Source: Verrucomicrobiota bacterium (GTDB lineage: Bacteria; Verrucomicrobiota; Verrucomicrobiia; Chthoniobacterales; SZAS-18). Taken from it: 24,000 nt of DNA. The stretch covers positions 1 through 24,000 of the forward strand of contig JANMQT010000038.1 in NCBI GenBank assembly GCA_031370675.1, in the 5' to 3' direction. Positions 14,169 through 22,555 of this stretch are shown here, one piece after another (position 1 is the first letter of the stretch; each line of letters begins with the position of its first letter). The position numbers and the translations under genes are program-made. The notes beneath the pieces were generated by a model. The model saw only the letters and a program-made list of their open reading frames with translations, did no database searches and had not been told where the DNA came from.

Positions 14169-14948
14169 CTACCCGAGAATCTCCCCGTGCGAATAAGTCT
14201 TCGCGCGCCCACCGAGATGGACACGGTCGCCGTGCAGCTCACAGAACAACTCGCCGCCGCGAGGCGAAATCTGGCGGGCGTGCAACTTCTTCATCCCGAG
14301 CAACCCGGCCCAATGGGGCACGAGCGTGCAGTGCGCGGAGCCCGTCACGGGATCCTCCAGGATGCCCGAGCGAGGCGCGAAGAAACGTGACACAAAATCC
14401 TCCCCGCGGCCGGGAGCCGTGGCAATGATGCCCACCACCGCCAGCTTCGTCATCCAGGCAAAATCCGGCTCGAGCGCCGCGACGTCGTCGCGGCTGCCGT
14501 ACACCACCATGTAATCGCGTGCCTTCCAGCACTCGAGCGGCTGCACCGGCAGGGCTTCCTTCAATTCGATCGGAAGCTCGCAGCGCACGGGCGGGCGCGA
14601 GGGAAAATCCAGCACGATCAAATCGTCGCGACGTTGCACGCGCAATGGGCCGCTCTTGGAGGCAAACTCAATGACTTCGGCCGCGTGGCCGAGGTGATTG
14701 AAGAGCACGTGCGCGGTCGCCACCGTGGCGTGCCCGCACAAATCCACCTCCACCGCGGGCGTAAACCAGCGCAGGCGGTAACCCCCGCCTTCGGGCACAA
14801 AGTATGCCGTCTCGGACAAGTTATGCTCCGCGGCCATCCGCTGCAGCTCGGCATCGGGCAACCATTCCTTGAGCGGACACACCGCGGCGGGATTGCCGAG
14901 GAGACCCTCGCCGGTGAACGCGTCGACGTGAAAATACGGAATCGTCAT
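14169..14948 (-). CDS. PhzF-family isomerase (phenazine biosynthesis PhzF-like / YddE-like)
   Basis: ATG at 14948. Family motifs: FHVDAFT...GNPAAV, LSETAYF, RWFTPAVEVDLCGHATVA, GSAHCTLVPHWA. Only 32 nt downstream of the thiolase stop on the same strand. Confidence 0.85.
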   Translation of the reverse strand: MTIPYFHVDAFTGEGLLGNPAAVCPLKEWLPDAELQRMAAEHNLSETAYFVPEGGGYRLRWFTPAVEVDLCGHATVATAHVLFNHLGHAAEVIEFASKSGPLRVQRRDDLIVLDFPSRPPVRCELPIELKEALPVQPLECWKARDYMVVYGSRDDVAALEPDFAWMTKLAVVGIIATAPGRGEDFVSRFFAPRSGILEDPVTGSAHCTLVPHWAGLLGMKKLHARQISPRGGELFCELHGDRVHLGGRAKTYSHGEILG

Positions 14949-14980
14949 GAGATGACCGCGCGGCCGAAAATCGTGTCCAA

Positions 14981-16153
14981 CTAGAGTCGTTCAATGATTC
15001 CGGCCGCGCCCTGGCCACCGCCGATGCACATGGTGATGAGCGCGTACCGGCCGCCGGTGCGTTGCAACTCATGCAATGCACTCACCGTGAGTTTCGCGCC
15101 GGAGCAGCCGAGCGGATGACCCAGCGCGATCGCGCCGCCGTTCACGTTCACTTTCTCCATCGGTAGCTTGAGCGCGTCGATCACCGCGAGCGATTGCGCG
15201 GCGAAAGCCTCGTTCAGCTCGATCACATCCATGTCCTCGAGCTTGAGACCCGCCTGCTTCAAGACCTTGGGCACGGCCTCAATCGGGCCGATGCCCATGA
15301 TTTCCGGCGGCACGCCCGCAACCGCGAAACTGACGAAACGCGCAAGCGGCTTGAGGCCGAGTTTCTTCGCCTTCTCGTCGCTCATGATAATCAACGCTGC
15401 GGCGCCATCCGAAAGCGGCGAGGAATTTCCCGCCGTCACGCTGCCGCGCGGATTGAACGCCGGCCGCAAACCGGCCAGGCCCTCGAGCGTAGTTTCCTCA
15501 CGGATCAGTTCGTCGGTCGCAAACGGCACGTGCTTCGATTCAACCTTGGTCCCGTTCAACTTGTCCACCCGGACATTCACGGGGACGATCTCGTCGTTGA
15601 ACTTTCCGGCCTGGCGCGCCGCCGCGGCTTTTTGATGGCTCGCCAGCGCGAACTCGTCCTGCCGCTGGCGCGAGACCCCGTATTTTGCCGCGACGTTTTC
15701 CGCGGTGAATCCCATCCCGATGTAGGCTTCGGGCCGGTGGTCAACGAGTTCGGGACTGAGGGAAAGCTTGTTGCCGCTCATCGGCACCATCGTCATGCTT
15801 TCCACGCCGCCGGCGGCGACGCATTCGTTCATGCCGGTCATGACGGACTGGGCCGCCATCGCGATGCTTTGCAGCCCGCTGGAACAGAATCGATTGATCG
15901 TGACGCCGCCGGTGGAATCCGGCAGGCCGGCCAGCAACGCGCTGAGGCGCGCGATGTTCATGCCTTGTTCGCCCTCGGGCATGGCGCAACCGAGGATGAC
16001 GTCCTCGACATCCTTGGGATCGATCCCGGCGCGCTTGACAGCTTCCTTGAGCGCCACGGCGGCGAGCACGTCCGGCCGTGTGTTGGCGAGCGTGCCTTTT
16101 TTCGCGCGACCCACGGCGGTGCGCACGGCGGAGAGGATGACGGCTTGGGGCAT
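14981..16153 (-). CDS. fadA: Acetyl-CoA C-acyltransferase (3-ketoacyl-CoA thiolase)
   Basis: ATG at 16153. Thiolase signatures: active-site Cys in [18 protein letters not shown], and the C-terminal [15 protein letters not shown]...MCIGGGQG. Confidence 0.92.
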   Translation of the reverse strand: MPQAVILSAVRTAVGRAKKGTLANTRPDVLAAVALKEAVKRAGIDPKDVEDVILGCAMPEGEQGMNIARLSALLAGLPDSTGGVTINRFCSSGLQSIAMAAQSVMTGMNECVAAGGVESMTMVPMSGNKLSLSPELVDHRPEAYIGMGFTAENVAAKYGVSRQRQDEFALASHQKAAAARQAGKFNDEIVPVNVRVDKLNGTKVESKHVPFATDELIREETTLEGLAGLRPAFNPRGSVTAGNSSPLSDGAAALIIMSDEKAKKLGLKPLARFVSFAVAGVPPEIMGIGPIEAVPKVLKQAGLKLEDMDVIELNEAFAAQSLAVIDALKLPMEKVNVNGGAIALGHPLGCSGAKLTVSALHELQRTGGRYALITMCIGGGQGAAGIIERL

Positions 16154-16163
16154 GGGGAAAGAA

Positions 16164-16198
16164 AGTGAGGAGTGAAAAGTGATGAGTGACGAGTATTT
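16164..16198. repeat. Tandem heptanucleotides AGTGAGG AGTGAAA AGTGATG AGTGACG AGTATTT (coding strand: ...CGTCACT CATCACT TTTCACT CCTCACT)
   Basis: Read directly. GTGA cores are at 16165, 16172, 16179 and 16186, a strict 7-nt period. The array lies in the 67-nt spacer between the fadN/fadB-like stop (16221) and the thiolase ATG (16153). Confidence 0.85.
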
Positions 16199-16220
16199 CG
16201 TAGCGAGCGATGGGCCCGCG

Positions 16221-18524
16221 TCAGTTCCGCAGCGGTTTGCCGGCCTTGAGCATGTGCGCGATGCGCTCCTGGCTCTTGGGATGGCCGGTCAATTCGAGGA
16301 AAACTTCGCGCTCGAGATCCAGCAGATGCTGCTCGGTCACGACGCGCTGGTGATTCTGCAGCCCGCCACTCAGGATTTTCGCGAGGCTGCCGGCCAGATA
16401 CACGTCGTGTTCGCTCGCCATGCCGGCCAACTTCATCGAGTACGCAATATATTTGAGATTTGCGTATCCCTGCTCGCCCATCACCGGGATGGAGCGCGGC
16501 ACCGGCGGCGTGTAGTCGCGCGCCATCGCCAGCATCGAGGCCTTGGCGTCCGCGATCAGGCGGCGCTTGTTCATCGTGATCAAATCATGCTCGCGCAGGA
16601 ACCCGAGGTTCTTCGCGTCGAGCGCCGAGGCCGACACCTTGCCCATCGCAATCAACTCGAACGCGCGCTTCGCCGCTTCAAAGAGATCCACGCCGGGCAT
16701 CAGCTGCTGGGTGAAGCGAATCAACATCTCCGCCGTGCCGCCACCCGCGGGGATCAGGCCCACGCCCATCTCCACGAGGCCGCAATACAACTCGGCGTGC
16801 GCCTGCACCAGATCGCTCGCCAGCAGCGTCTCGCAGCCGCCGCCCAGCGCCATGCCGAAGCCCGCGCTGACGACCGGGAACGGCGCGTAACGCAATCCCA
16901 CCACCGTGCTCTGGAAACCCGAGATCATTTTTTCAATGGCGAGAAACTTCTTCTCCTCGGCCATCTGCAGAATGAACGCGAGATTCGCCCCGGCCGAAAA
17001 ATGCTGGCCCTCGTTGCCGATGACCAGACCCGCAAACGCCTTGGGCACTGCCAACTGCGCGGCCTGCATCAACTCCATCGCGTCGTCACCCAGCGAGTTC
17101 GCCTTGCTGTGGAACTCCAGCAGCAGCGCGCCGTCGCCGAGGTCGATCAGGCTCGCGCCCTTCGACGTCTGCACGATTTTCCGCGCCCGCGCCACCTTGT
17201 AGGCCGCGAGCGAGAAATGCGCGCCGTCGCCGATGCTGGACGCGCTCTTGTCGGCGAACGACCGGCCGCTGGCGAGGTGCTCCTGCACCAGCGCAGGCAC
17301 CGACTTTCCGAGCTGCTTGAATCCTTCGATCACGTTGGCGAGGCCAAGTCCGTCATAGAGCTCAAATGGCCCCAGCTCCCAGCCGAAGCCCCACTTCAGC
17401 GCATTGTCGATCTCATGCGGATCTTCACAGACGATGCCGACCTTCTCGGCCGCGAAATGCATCATCTCGTAAAGGGTCTCACGCGTGAAGGCACCGGCCG
17501 GCGTGTCGAGCGCGAGCAGCGCCTGCGTGCGCTCGAGCGCGCTGCGTATTTTCACGATGGGTGCCAGCTCGGGCAACTCGACCTTCGGCCGCGCCTCGTA
17601 CTCCATCGTGTCGAAATTCAGCGAGAGAATTTGCGACTTGCCCTTCGTGTCCTTCACCCGCTTGTAAAAACCGGCGCCGCTCTTTTCGCCGTACGCCTTT
17701 TTTTCCATCAGCTGGTGCACGACCGGCGGCAGCGAGTAATCCTCACCCTTGGTCGAGGCGGCCAGTCCGCCCGCGACGTAGAACAACACGTCGAGGCCGG
17801 TGACATCCGCCGTTCGCAGCGTGGCGCTTTTCGGGCGTCCGAGGATCGGGCCGGTCAGGGCGTCGACGACCTCGGGCGTGAGCTTCATTTTGTCCATCAC
17901 ACGCACGCAATGCAGCATCGAGTAGACGCCGATGCGGTTGCCGACGAAGCCGGGCACGTCATTCGCGAGGACGATGCCTTTGCCGAGCACGCGGTCGCCG
18001 AAATCGCGCAACTTTGCCAGCACGCCTGGATCGGTGTCGGTCGTGGCGATCAATTCCAGCAGGTGGAGGTAGCGGGGTGGATTGAAAAAATGCGCGCCGC
18101 AGAACCGCTGCTTAAAGGAGTCACTCCGGCCCTCGGCCTGCAGGCTCATCGGGATGCCGCTCGAATTCGAGCTGACGATGGTGTGGTCGCCGATGACCTT
18201 CTCGACTTTTTCCCAGAGCGAGCGCTTCACCTCGAGTTTCTCCACGATGGCCTCAAGCACCCAATCGCACGCGGCCAGCTTGGGCAGGTCGTCCTCGAAA
18301 TTTCCGATCGTGACGAGCGCGGCCCGGCCGCGATCCATGAAGGAGGCAGGCTTGGCATTGGCGGCGCGCTCGAGCCCGGCGCGGGCGATGGCGTTGCGGT
18401 CCTTTCCCTCCGTGGGAAGGTCGAGCAGGAGCGTGGGAATCCCGGCATTGGCAAGATGGGCCGCGATGGCGGCACCCATCGTGCCCGAGCCAAGAACGGC
18501 GGCGCGGCGAATCGTCGTGAACAT
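16221..18524 (-). CDS. fadN: Bifunctional 3-hydroxyacyl-CoA dehydrogenase / enoyl-CoA hydratase (FadN/FadB-type; dehydrogenase N-terminal, crotonase C-terminal)
   Basis: NAD-binding [20 protein letters not shown] lies 8 aa after the ATG at 18524. HAD-family blocks: [20 protein letters not shown]-terminal crotonase-like blocks: [16 protein letters not shown]. The longest ORF starts at a TTG (18563) that overlaps the T-run of an upstream terminator-like hairpin, so I prefer ATG 18524. Confidence 0.9.
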   Translation of the reverse strand: MFTTIRRAAVLGSGTMGAAIAAHLANAGIPTLLLDLPTEGKDRNAIARAGLERAANAKPASFMDRGRAALVTIGNFEDDLPKLAACDWVLEAIVEKLEVKRSLWEKVEKVIGDHTIVSSNSSGIPMSLQAEGRSDSFKQRFCGAHFFNPPRYLHLLELIATTDTDPGVLAKLRDFGDRVLGKGIVLANDVPGFVGNRIGVYSMLHCVRVMDKMKLTPEVVDALTGPILGRPKSATLRTADVTGLDVLFYVAGGLAASTKGEDYSLPPVVHQLMEKKAYGEKSGAGFYKRVKDTKGKSQILSLNFDTMEYEARPKVELPELAPIVKIRSALERTQALLALDTPAGAFTRETLYEMMHFAAEKVGIVCEDPHEIDNALKWGFGWELGPFELYDGLGLANVIEGFKQLGKSVPALVQEHLASGRSFADKSASSIGDGAHFSLAAYKVARARKIVQTSKGASLIDLGDGALLLEFHSKANSLGDDAMELMQAAQLAVPKAFAGLVIGNEGQHFSAGANLAFILQMAEEKKFLAIEKMISGFQSTVVGLRYAPFPVVSAGFGMALGGGCETLLASDLVQAHAELYCGLVEMGVGLIPAGGGTAEMLIRFTQQLMPGVDLFEAAKRAFELIAMGKVSASALDAKNLGFLREHDLITMNKRRLIADAKASMLAMARDYTPPVPRSIPVMGEQGYANLKYIAYSMKLAGMASEHDVYLAGSLAKILSGGLQNHQRVVTEQHLLDLEREVFLELTGHPKSQERIAHMLKAGKPLRN

Positions 18525-18560
18525 ACGTGCGAGCGAAGCTTTGGGGTGGAAGCGCGGGGA

Positions 18561-18594
18561 CAAAAAAGCGACGGCGTTTCCGGGGAGGCCGTCG
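18561..18594 (-). terminator. Rho-independent terminator-like hairpin downstream of the 184-aa gene
   Basis: Minus strand reads CGACGGC-ctccccggaaac-GCCGTCG followed by CTTTTTTG. The 7-bp GC-rich stem pairs 18569-18575 with 18588-18594. The T6 run is at 18562-18567. It lies ~80 nt after the stop at 18674. Confidence 0.5.
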
Positions 18595-18673
18595 GTGCGC
18601 GGGATGCCTGCTTGTCTAGCGCCGGGCGCGGGAGCCGCAAGTCAAATGTTGGGTGGGCGGGGGAAACCAGCGG

Positions 18674-19228
18674 TCAGCGTTGGCCGACCCGTGAGAAATC
18701 GCCGCGGTGCGATCGAAAAAGCTCCAGAAGTTCCGAGGCGTGCTTCTCCATTTCCACCCAGGATTCCTCCGTGGGCCCAGCGCCCGACGCCGAAGCCAGT
18801 CGAGAAGAACCGCCCGGACGGATGCGACGAAACAGGACCTGCTTCTGGTGCCATTCGGTTATGGCCAATCCGTCCGCGATATCGGTGCCGCTATGCCTGA
18901 GAACGACCCGCTCGACGACAAAGACGAGCTTGCCCTTGGCCAGATAGTAATCGCGCGAAATTAAGAAGCGGCTCTTGCCCAGACCCCATCGCAACAATCG
19001 CGCATCGTCTCCAGCGATCAAGACTTCCACGCGTGCGCCATCACACGCCGGCTCATTCGTCGCACCGTCGAACCGCTCGCAATCCTTCAGTCCGGCCCGA
19101 AATCGCGGCTCGATGTCTCTTGCGTAGGGCGCTTCAGCTGCGCGGGACACAAAGGCTGATCCAAAAATCGCGAGGCCAATCAGCAGCGGGGCCAGCGAGT
19201 GTCTCACGCGGTGATTTTGGCAGGCCAC
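18674..19228 (-). CDS. Exported hypothetical protein
   Basis: The ORF opens with GTG at 19228. An alternative GTG at 19207 gives MRHSLAPLLIGLAIFGSAFVSRAAEA, a clean signal peptide. No family recognised. Composition is more protein-like than the overlapping plus-strand shadow frames. Confidence 0.55.
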   Translation of the reverse strand: MACQNHRVRHSLAPLLIGLAIFGSAFVSRAAEAPYARDIEPRFRAGLKDCERFDGATNEPACDGARVEVLIAGDDARLLRWGLGKSRFLISRDYYLAKGKLVFVVERVVLRHSGTDIADGLAITEWHQKQVLFRRIRPGGSSRLASASGAGPTEESWVEMEKHASELLELFRSHRGDFSRVGQR

Positions 19229-19377
19229 CTTTCCGGCGGCAAGGTCGGTGCGCTCTCATGCGTCACGCTCGAAATGTCTCGTCCGTCCGCGAGGGCGGCC
19301 CGCAATTCTCCGGGCGTTGCTGGACCGCAGTCTCGCGGGCTCCAGTCACGAATGATGCCTCATCCGCAAAATTTGGG

Positions 19378-19397
19378 GACGACCGGGGACGGTCGTC
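19378..19397 (-). terminator. Weak terminator-like hairpin after the lipid kinase gene
   Basis: GACGACC-n6-GGTCGTC (7-bp stem). On the minus strand it is followed only by CCCCAAATTTTG, a poor U-run. A second perfect 7-bp hairpin, CGGCTCG-gga-CGAGCCG, lies at 19407-19423, 7 nt after the TAG stop. Confidence 0.3.
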
Positions 19398-19429
19398 GCT
19401 TGCCATCGGCTCGGGACGAGCCGAACCAC

Positions 19430-20311
19430 CTACGCCACGATCACGCGCAATTTCTTTTCCGCGACGCTGAACTCGACGGGGCCCTCCCCCGCAAATTCGC
19501 CGTCGGCCTCAAACGGGACGCGGCCATTCGATTCGCTCGCCCGCGCCGTGAGGCGCTTCGTCTGGAAATAACGCACATCGGTAAAATTATGGTGATCGGA
19601 AAACAACACTCCGCGAAAATACCGCAGCAGATCAAAATGGCTCAGCCGCTTGAAGACGACCACGTCCAGCATCCCGTCGTCCAGCCGTGCATCCTTAAAC
19701 AGGCGAAGCTTGCCGCCGTAGTAGCGACCGTTGCCCACCAGCGCGAAGCGCCCCGTTTCCGTGCGGCCGCATTCGCTCTCGACGGTCACACCCACCGGCC
19801 GCGGACCGCTCGTCAGGATGTGCGACGCCGCTATCAGGTAGCTGAGCGGGCCGTACGCCCGCTTGTCGGCGCGCTTGACGCGCTCGGTCGCCTGCGCGTC
19901 GAATCCGACGCCCGCCAGCTGCACGAAATAGCGGCCGTTGGCGCGCGCGAGATCGACTTCGCGCGTCTTGCCGGACTCGATGATTTCCCAGCAGCGGCGC
20001 AACGGTTTCGAGGGCAGGCCCAACTCAGAAGCGTAAACATTCATGGTGCCGAGCGGCAGCAGGCCGAGCGCGGTGTCGGATCCCGCAATTCCGTTAGCCA
20101 CCTCGTTGATGGTGCCGTCGCCACCGGCCGCCACCACGGTGTCGAAGCCCTCGGCCACCGCCCGCTCGGCAAAGCGTTGCGCGTCACCACGTTCGCGGGT
20201 CGGCCAAATCAGGGCGTGCGGGGAAAGCGCCACCAGCTCGTCGTGCAGGCGCGCCGCGCGGTCGCCGCGGGCCGCGGGATTCAGAATGACGGGGATGGCT
20301 TTACACTTCAC
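19430..20311 (-). CDS. Diacylglycerol-kinase-family lipid kinase (YegS/BmrU-like)
   Basis: Motifs: AIPVILNPAARG, AAGGDGTINEVANG, LGLLPLGTMNVYA. The start is ambiguous. GTG 20311 gives the family-typical MKCKAIPVILNP. ATG 20365 and ATG 20404 are also in frame but would overlap the divergent asmA-like start at 20340. Confidence 0.8.
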   Translation of the reverse strand: MKCKAIPVILNPAARGDRAARLHDELVALSPHALIWPTRERGDAQRFAERAVAEGFDTVVAAGGDGTINEVANGIAGSDTALGLLPLGTMNVYASELGLPSKPLRRCWEIIESGKTREVDLARANGRYFVQLAGVGFDAQATERVKRADKRAYGPLSYLIAASHILTSGPRPVGVTVESECGRTETGRFALVGNGRYYGGKLRLFKDARLDDGMLDVVVFKRLSHFDLLRYFRGVLFSDHHNFTDVRYFQTKRLTARASESNGRVPFEADGEFAGEGPVEFSVAEKKLRVIVA

Positions 20312-20339
20312 AACCGACGGGGGGTGGCTACGTTGCCCG

Positions 20340-21869
20340 ATGAGAAAACTGCTGAGACTGTCCATCACCGCGTTAATCGCGGCGGCGGCCTTGCTTGGCC
20401 TCATCTTGCTCGGGGCGAATCTTCACGTCCAAAGCCCATCCTCGCAACAGCAGATTAAACGCCACCTCTCGACCGCGTTCGGCATGCCAGTCGAGATGGT
20501 CCGCGCCGTCTTCACGCCTTGGGGCGGCCTGCGCGTCGATGGCGTACGCACCGCCGGCGCGCCCGGGCAGCCCGTGGTGATGGCCGAACTTGTGCGGGTC
20601 CGCCTCTCGCTGCTCGCTCTGCTACGCGGAAAATTTGTGGTCAAGACCATCGGCCTGGAACATCCCACCGTGACGCTGACGCAGAATTCCGAGGGACGCT
20701 GGATGGCGCCGCTGCGCACCGTCGCTGCCGCATCCAAATCCGAACCGCTCGAAACGCCTGCGACCCAGCCCCCGCCCGCCTCGTCCCCCGCGGTCACGCC
20801 GATGCCCCATTCGGGAACGACACCCACCGAATCCGCACCGCCGGTCACGCCAGCCATGACCGAGGTGCTGGCGCCGGTGCCGACCGTGCGCATTCCGGCG
20901 GGCTTTGAGTTTTTTCGGCTTCGGCACGCGGAATTGCGCTTCCTTGACGTGAAGGGCCAGGAGGTGGCGGCGCTGCAGGACGTGAATCTCGAGGGCCGGC
21001 CCGTGGCTGGCACCGCGGGTGATTTCTTGGGCAAGATTTGGTTCGAGCAGGCGTCGTTCAATCAACGCCGGGTGCGCGTCCGGAATTTTTCGTCCAACGT
21101 GCGCATCGAGGGTGGCGTTGTCACCCTCCCCAACGGCTCCGGCGAGCTGGGCGGCGGACAAATCCAGGCGAAGTTTGTCATCCGGCCGATGGAGGACGGC
21201 TCGCCATTTGAAGTCACGGCCAAGGTGGATGAAGCCTCGTTGGGCCGCCTGATCCAGGAAGCCGGCGGCGATCCGGATTTCGCGAGCGGCCGGCTGCAGG
21301 GCACACTCACCCTGAGCGGATTCGCCGCCGACGTCAGCACGCAGCGCGGCGGCGGGGAACTTCGCCTGCTCGACGGTCAGTTCCGGCGCGGCGGCTTGCT
21401 CAAGACCTTCGGCGACCGCAGCAAGATCGAGGAACTGCGCCGCCCGGAGTTCAAAGTTGCGACGCTGACCTACACGCTCGAAGGCCAGGACCTGTTCGTT
21501 GCTCCGCTCGAATTGGACTCCGCCAACGTGCGCTTCACGGCGAAGGGCGTCTGTCATCTCCCGGCCACCACGCTGGATCTGCAGGCGAAACTCGTGCTGG
21601 GCGGGCCCATCGCGAAACAGCTGCCCGGCTTTATTGCGACCAATTTCGAAGCTTCACCCGACACGCCCGGGGAGAAATTCATCGACTTCAAGATTGGCGG
21701 GACGATTTCCAATCCCAGCACCGATCTCTTCCAGAAGACGCTCTCGCAGCCGGTCCAGTCGTTGCTCGGGCGCGTGCTCGGGCGGAATCGCAAACTCGAG
21801 GAAAATCCCGTCTCGCCGGAACCCGGGACGTCTCCCGCCCCAAGCCCGGCTGCTTCGCCACCGCCCTGA
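20340..21869 (+). CDS. AsmA-family outer-membrane biogenesis / lipid-transport-like protein
   Basis: ATG at 20340 gives MRKLLRLSITALIAAAALLGLILLG, an N-terminal TM anchor. AsmA-type N-terminal pattern: ...FTPWGGLRVDGVR...ELVRVRLSLLALLRGKFVVKTIGLEHPTVTL. Pro/Thr/Ser-rich linker. C-terminal AsmA_2-like FKIGGTISNPSTDL, then a Pro-rich tail. The ORF's upstream extension (20043-20339) is antisense to the kinase gene and is rejected. Confidence 0.75.
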   Translation: MRKLLRLSITALIAAAALLGLILLGANLHVQSPSSQQQIKRHLSTAFGMPVEMVRAVFTPWGGLRVDGVRTAGAPGQPVVMAELVRVRLSLLALLRGKFVVKTIGLEHPTVTLTQNSEGRWMAPLRTVAAASKSEPLETPATQPPPASSPAVTPMPHSGTTPTESAPPVTPAMTEVLAPVPTVRIPAGFEFFRLRHAELRFLDVKGQEVAALQDVNLEGRPVAGTAGDFLGKIWFEQASFNQRRVRVRNFSSNVRIEGGVVTLPNGSGELGGGQIQAKFVIRPMEDGSPFEVTAKVDEASLGRLIQEAGGDPDFASGRLQGTLTLSGFAADVSTQRGGGELRLLDGQFRRGGLLKTFGDRSKIEELRRPEFKVATLTYTLEGQDLFVAPLELDSANVRFTAKGVCHLPATTLDLQAKLVLGGPIAKQLPGFIATNFEASPDTPGEKFIDFKIGGTISNPSTDLFQKTLSQPVQSLLGRVLGRNRKLEENPVSPEPGTSPAPSPAASPPP

Positions 21870-21894
21870 TCGACCGCGCGACGATCCCACGACC

Positions 21895-22503
21895 ATGCTT
21901 CGCATCATCGCCGGGTCAGCCGGTGGACTTCATCTTTTCAGCCCGCCGGGCGGCCTGCGTCCCACGATGGATCGCGTGCGCGCCGCGATCTTTTCGAGCC
22001 TCGGCGATCGCGTACCAGGCGCGCGTTGCCTCGATCTTTTTGCCGGCACCGGCGCAATGGGGCTCGAGGCCCTGAGCCGCGGCGCGGTTTCGTGCGTCTT
22101 TGTCGAGCAACGCCGCACGCACGCCACCTGCATCGAGCGCAACCTCGAGCGGACGAAACTCGCCGACCGTAAGAACTCGCCGGTGCTGCAAATCGATGCG
22201 CTGGCGTACGTCGAACGCCGCGCACCGGCGGCGGCGTTTGACCTGATCTTCGCGGATCCGCCGTACTATCTGCAGAACCACCAGGACGTGGATTTTCCGA
22301 CCATGCTGCTCACATCGGAAAAACTCCCTCTGGCGCTCGCGCCCGACGGCATGTTCGTGCTCGAGAAAAATCCGCTCGCACCCTGCGTGATTCCGCCCGC
22401 CTGGCAATTGCGCAAGAGCAAGCGATACGGGATCACGGAGATCAATTATCTCATGGCGGCGGAATCGAACCTCCAGGAAGAGAAGGTATACCAAGAGATC
22501 TGA
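21895..22503 (+). CDS. rsmD: 16S rRNA (guanine966-N2)-methyltransferase RsmD
   Basis: ATG at 21895: MLRIIAGSAGGLHLFSPPGGLRPTMDRVRAAIFSSLG. Then LDLFAGTGAMGLEALSRGA and the IFADPPY motif. The length of 202 aa is typical. The longer ORF starting at 21499 overlaps the 3' end of asmA-like. Confidence 0.88.
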   Translation: MLRIIAGSAGGLHLFSPPGGLRPTMDRVRAAIFSSLGDRVPGARCLDLFAGTGAMGLEALSRGAVSCVFVEQRRTHATCIERNLERTKLADRKNSPVLQIDALAYVERRAPAAAFDLIFADPPYYLQNHQDVDFPTMLLTSEKLPLALAPDGMFVLEKNPLAPCVIPPAWQLRKSKRYGITEINYLMAAESNLQEEKVYQEI

Positions 22504-22514
22504 TGGCTCAGAAT

Positions 22515-22541
22515 TCCTTGGTGCTCCTGGAGTCCTTGATG
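22515..22541. repeat. Three tandem nonamers: TCCTTGGTG CTCCTGGAG TCCTTGATG
   Basis: Read directly. Lies in the 52-nt spacer between the convergent rsmD (stop 22501-22503) and the S46 peptidase (stop 22556-22558). Confidence 0.6.
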
Positions 22542-22555
22542 GTGAACCCGATGGA

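Noticed and set aside
3933-16198. Possibility that the short periodic repeats (3933-3981, 14031-14163, 16164-16198) are a CRISPR array or its remnants
   Set aside because: The units are 7 nt with no spacers, each array is at most ~50 nt, and no cas genes are present. This is not CRISPR architecture.
18525-18563. TTG start at 18563 for the fadN-type gene (longest ORF)
   Set aside because: The TTG overlaps the T-run of the upstream terminator-like hairpin. The extra 13 aa precede the position where the Rossmann GxGxxG normally begins. ATG 18524 is preferred, but this is not proven.
16179-18947. 922-aa ORF on the plus strand, the longest ORF in the window
   Set aside because: It is exactly antisense to the fadN/fadB-type gene. 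It is extremely Arg/His/Ala-rich and low in complexity, with no motifs. This is the typical shadow ORF of a high-GC3 gene. The minus-strand frame carries clear NAD-binding, HAD and crotonase signatures.
19229-19429. 200-nt gap between the 184-aa gene and the kinase gene, considered as a hidden small gene or tRNA
   Set aside because: Only shadow-type ORFs cross it and there is no tRNA-like structure. It contains two short hairpins consistent with a terminator or promoter region.
20043-20339. 99-aa N-terminal extension of the asmA-like ORF
   Set aside because: The extension is Ser/Pro/Arg-rich and antisense to the kinase coding region. The Met at 20340 is followed immediately by a canonical N-terminal TM anchor.
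19199-20458. 419-aa plus-strand ORF. The same reasoning applies to 20622-21557(-), 21916-22494(-), 15194-16168(+), 11560-12594(-), 10191-10934(+) and 8611-9468(+).
   Set aside because: Each is antisense to a gene with unambiguous family motifs (GGDGT lipid kinase, AsmA, RsmD, thiolase, SBP, response regulator, histidine kinase). Each has the Arg/Gly/His-rich composition of a GC-rich shadow frame.
21499-21894. 132-aa N-terminal extension of the rsmD ORF
   Set aside because: It overlaps the 3' end of the asmA-like gene out of frame. RsmD homologues start at MLRIIxG, which corresponds to the ATG at 21895.
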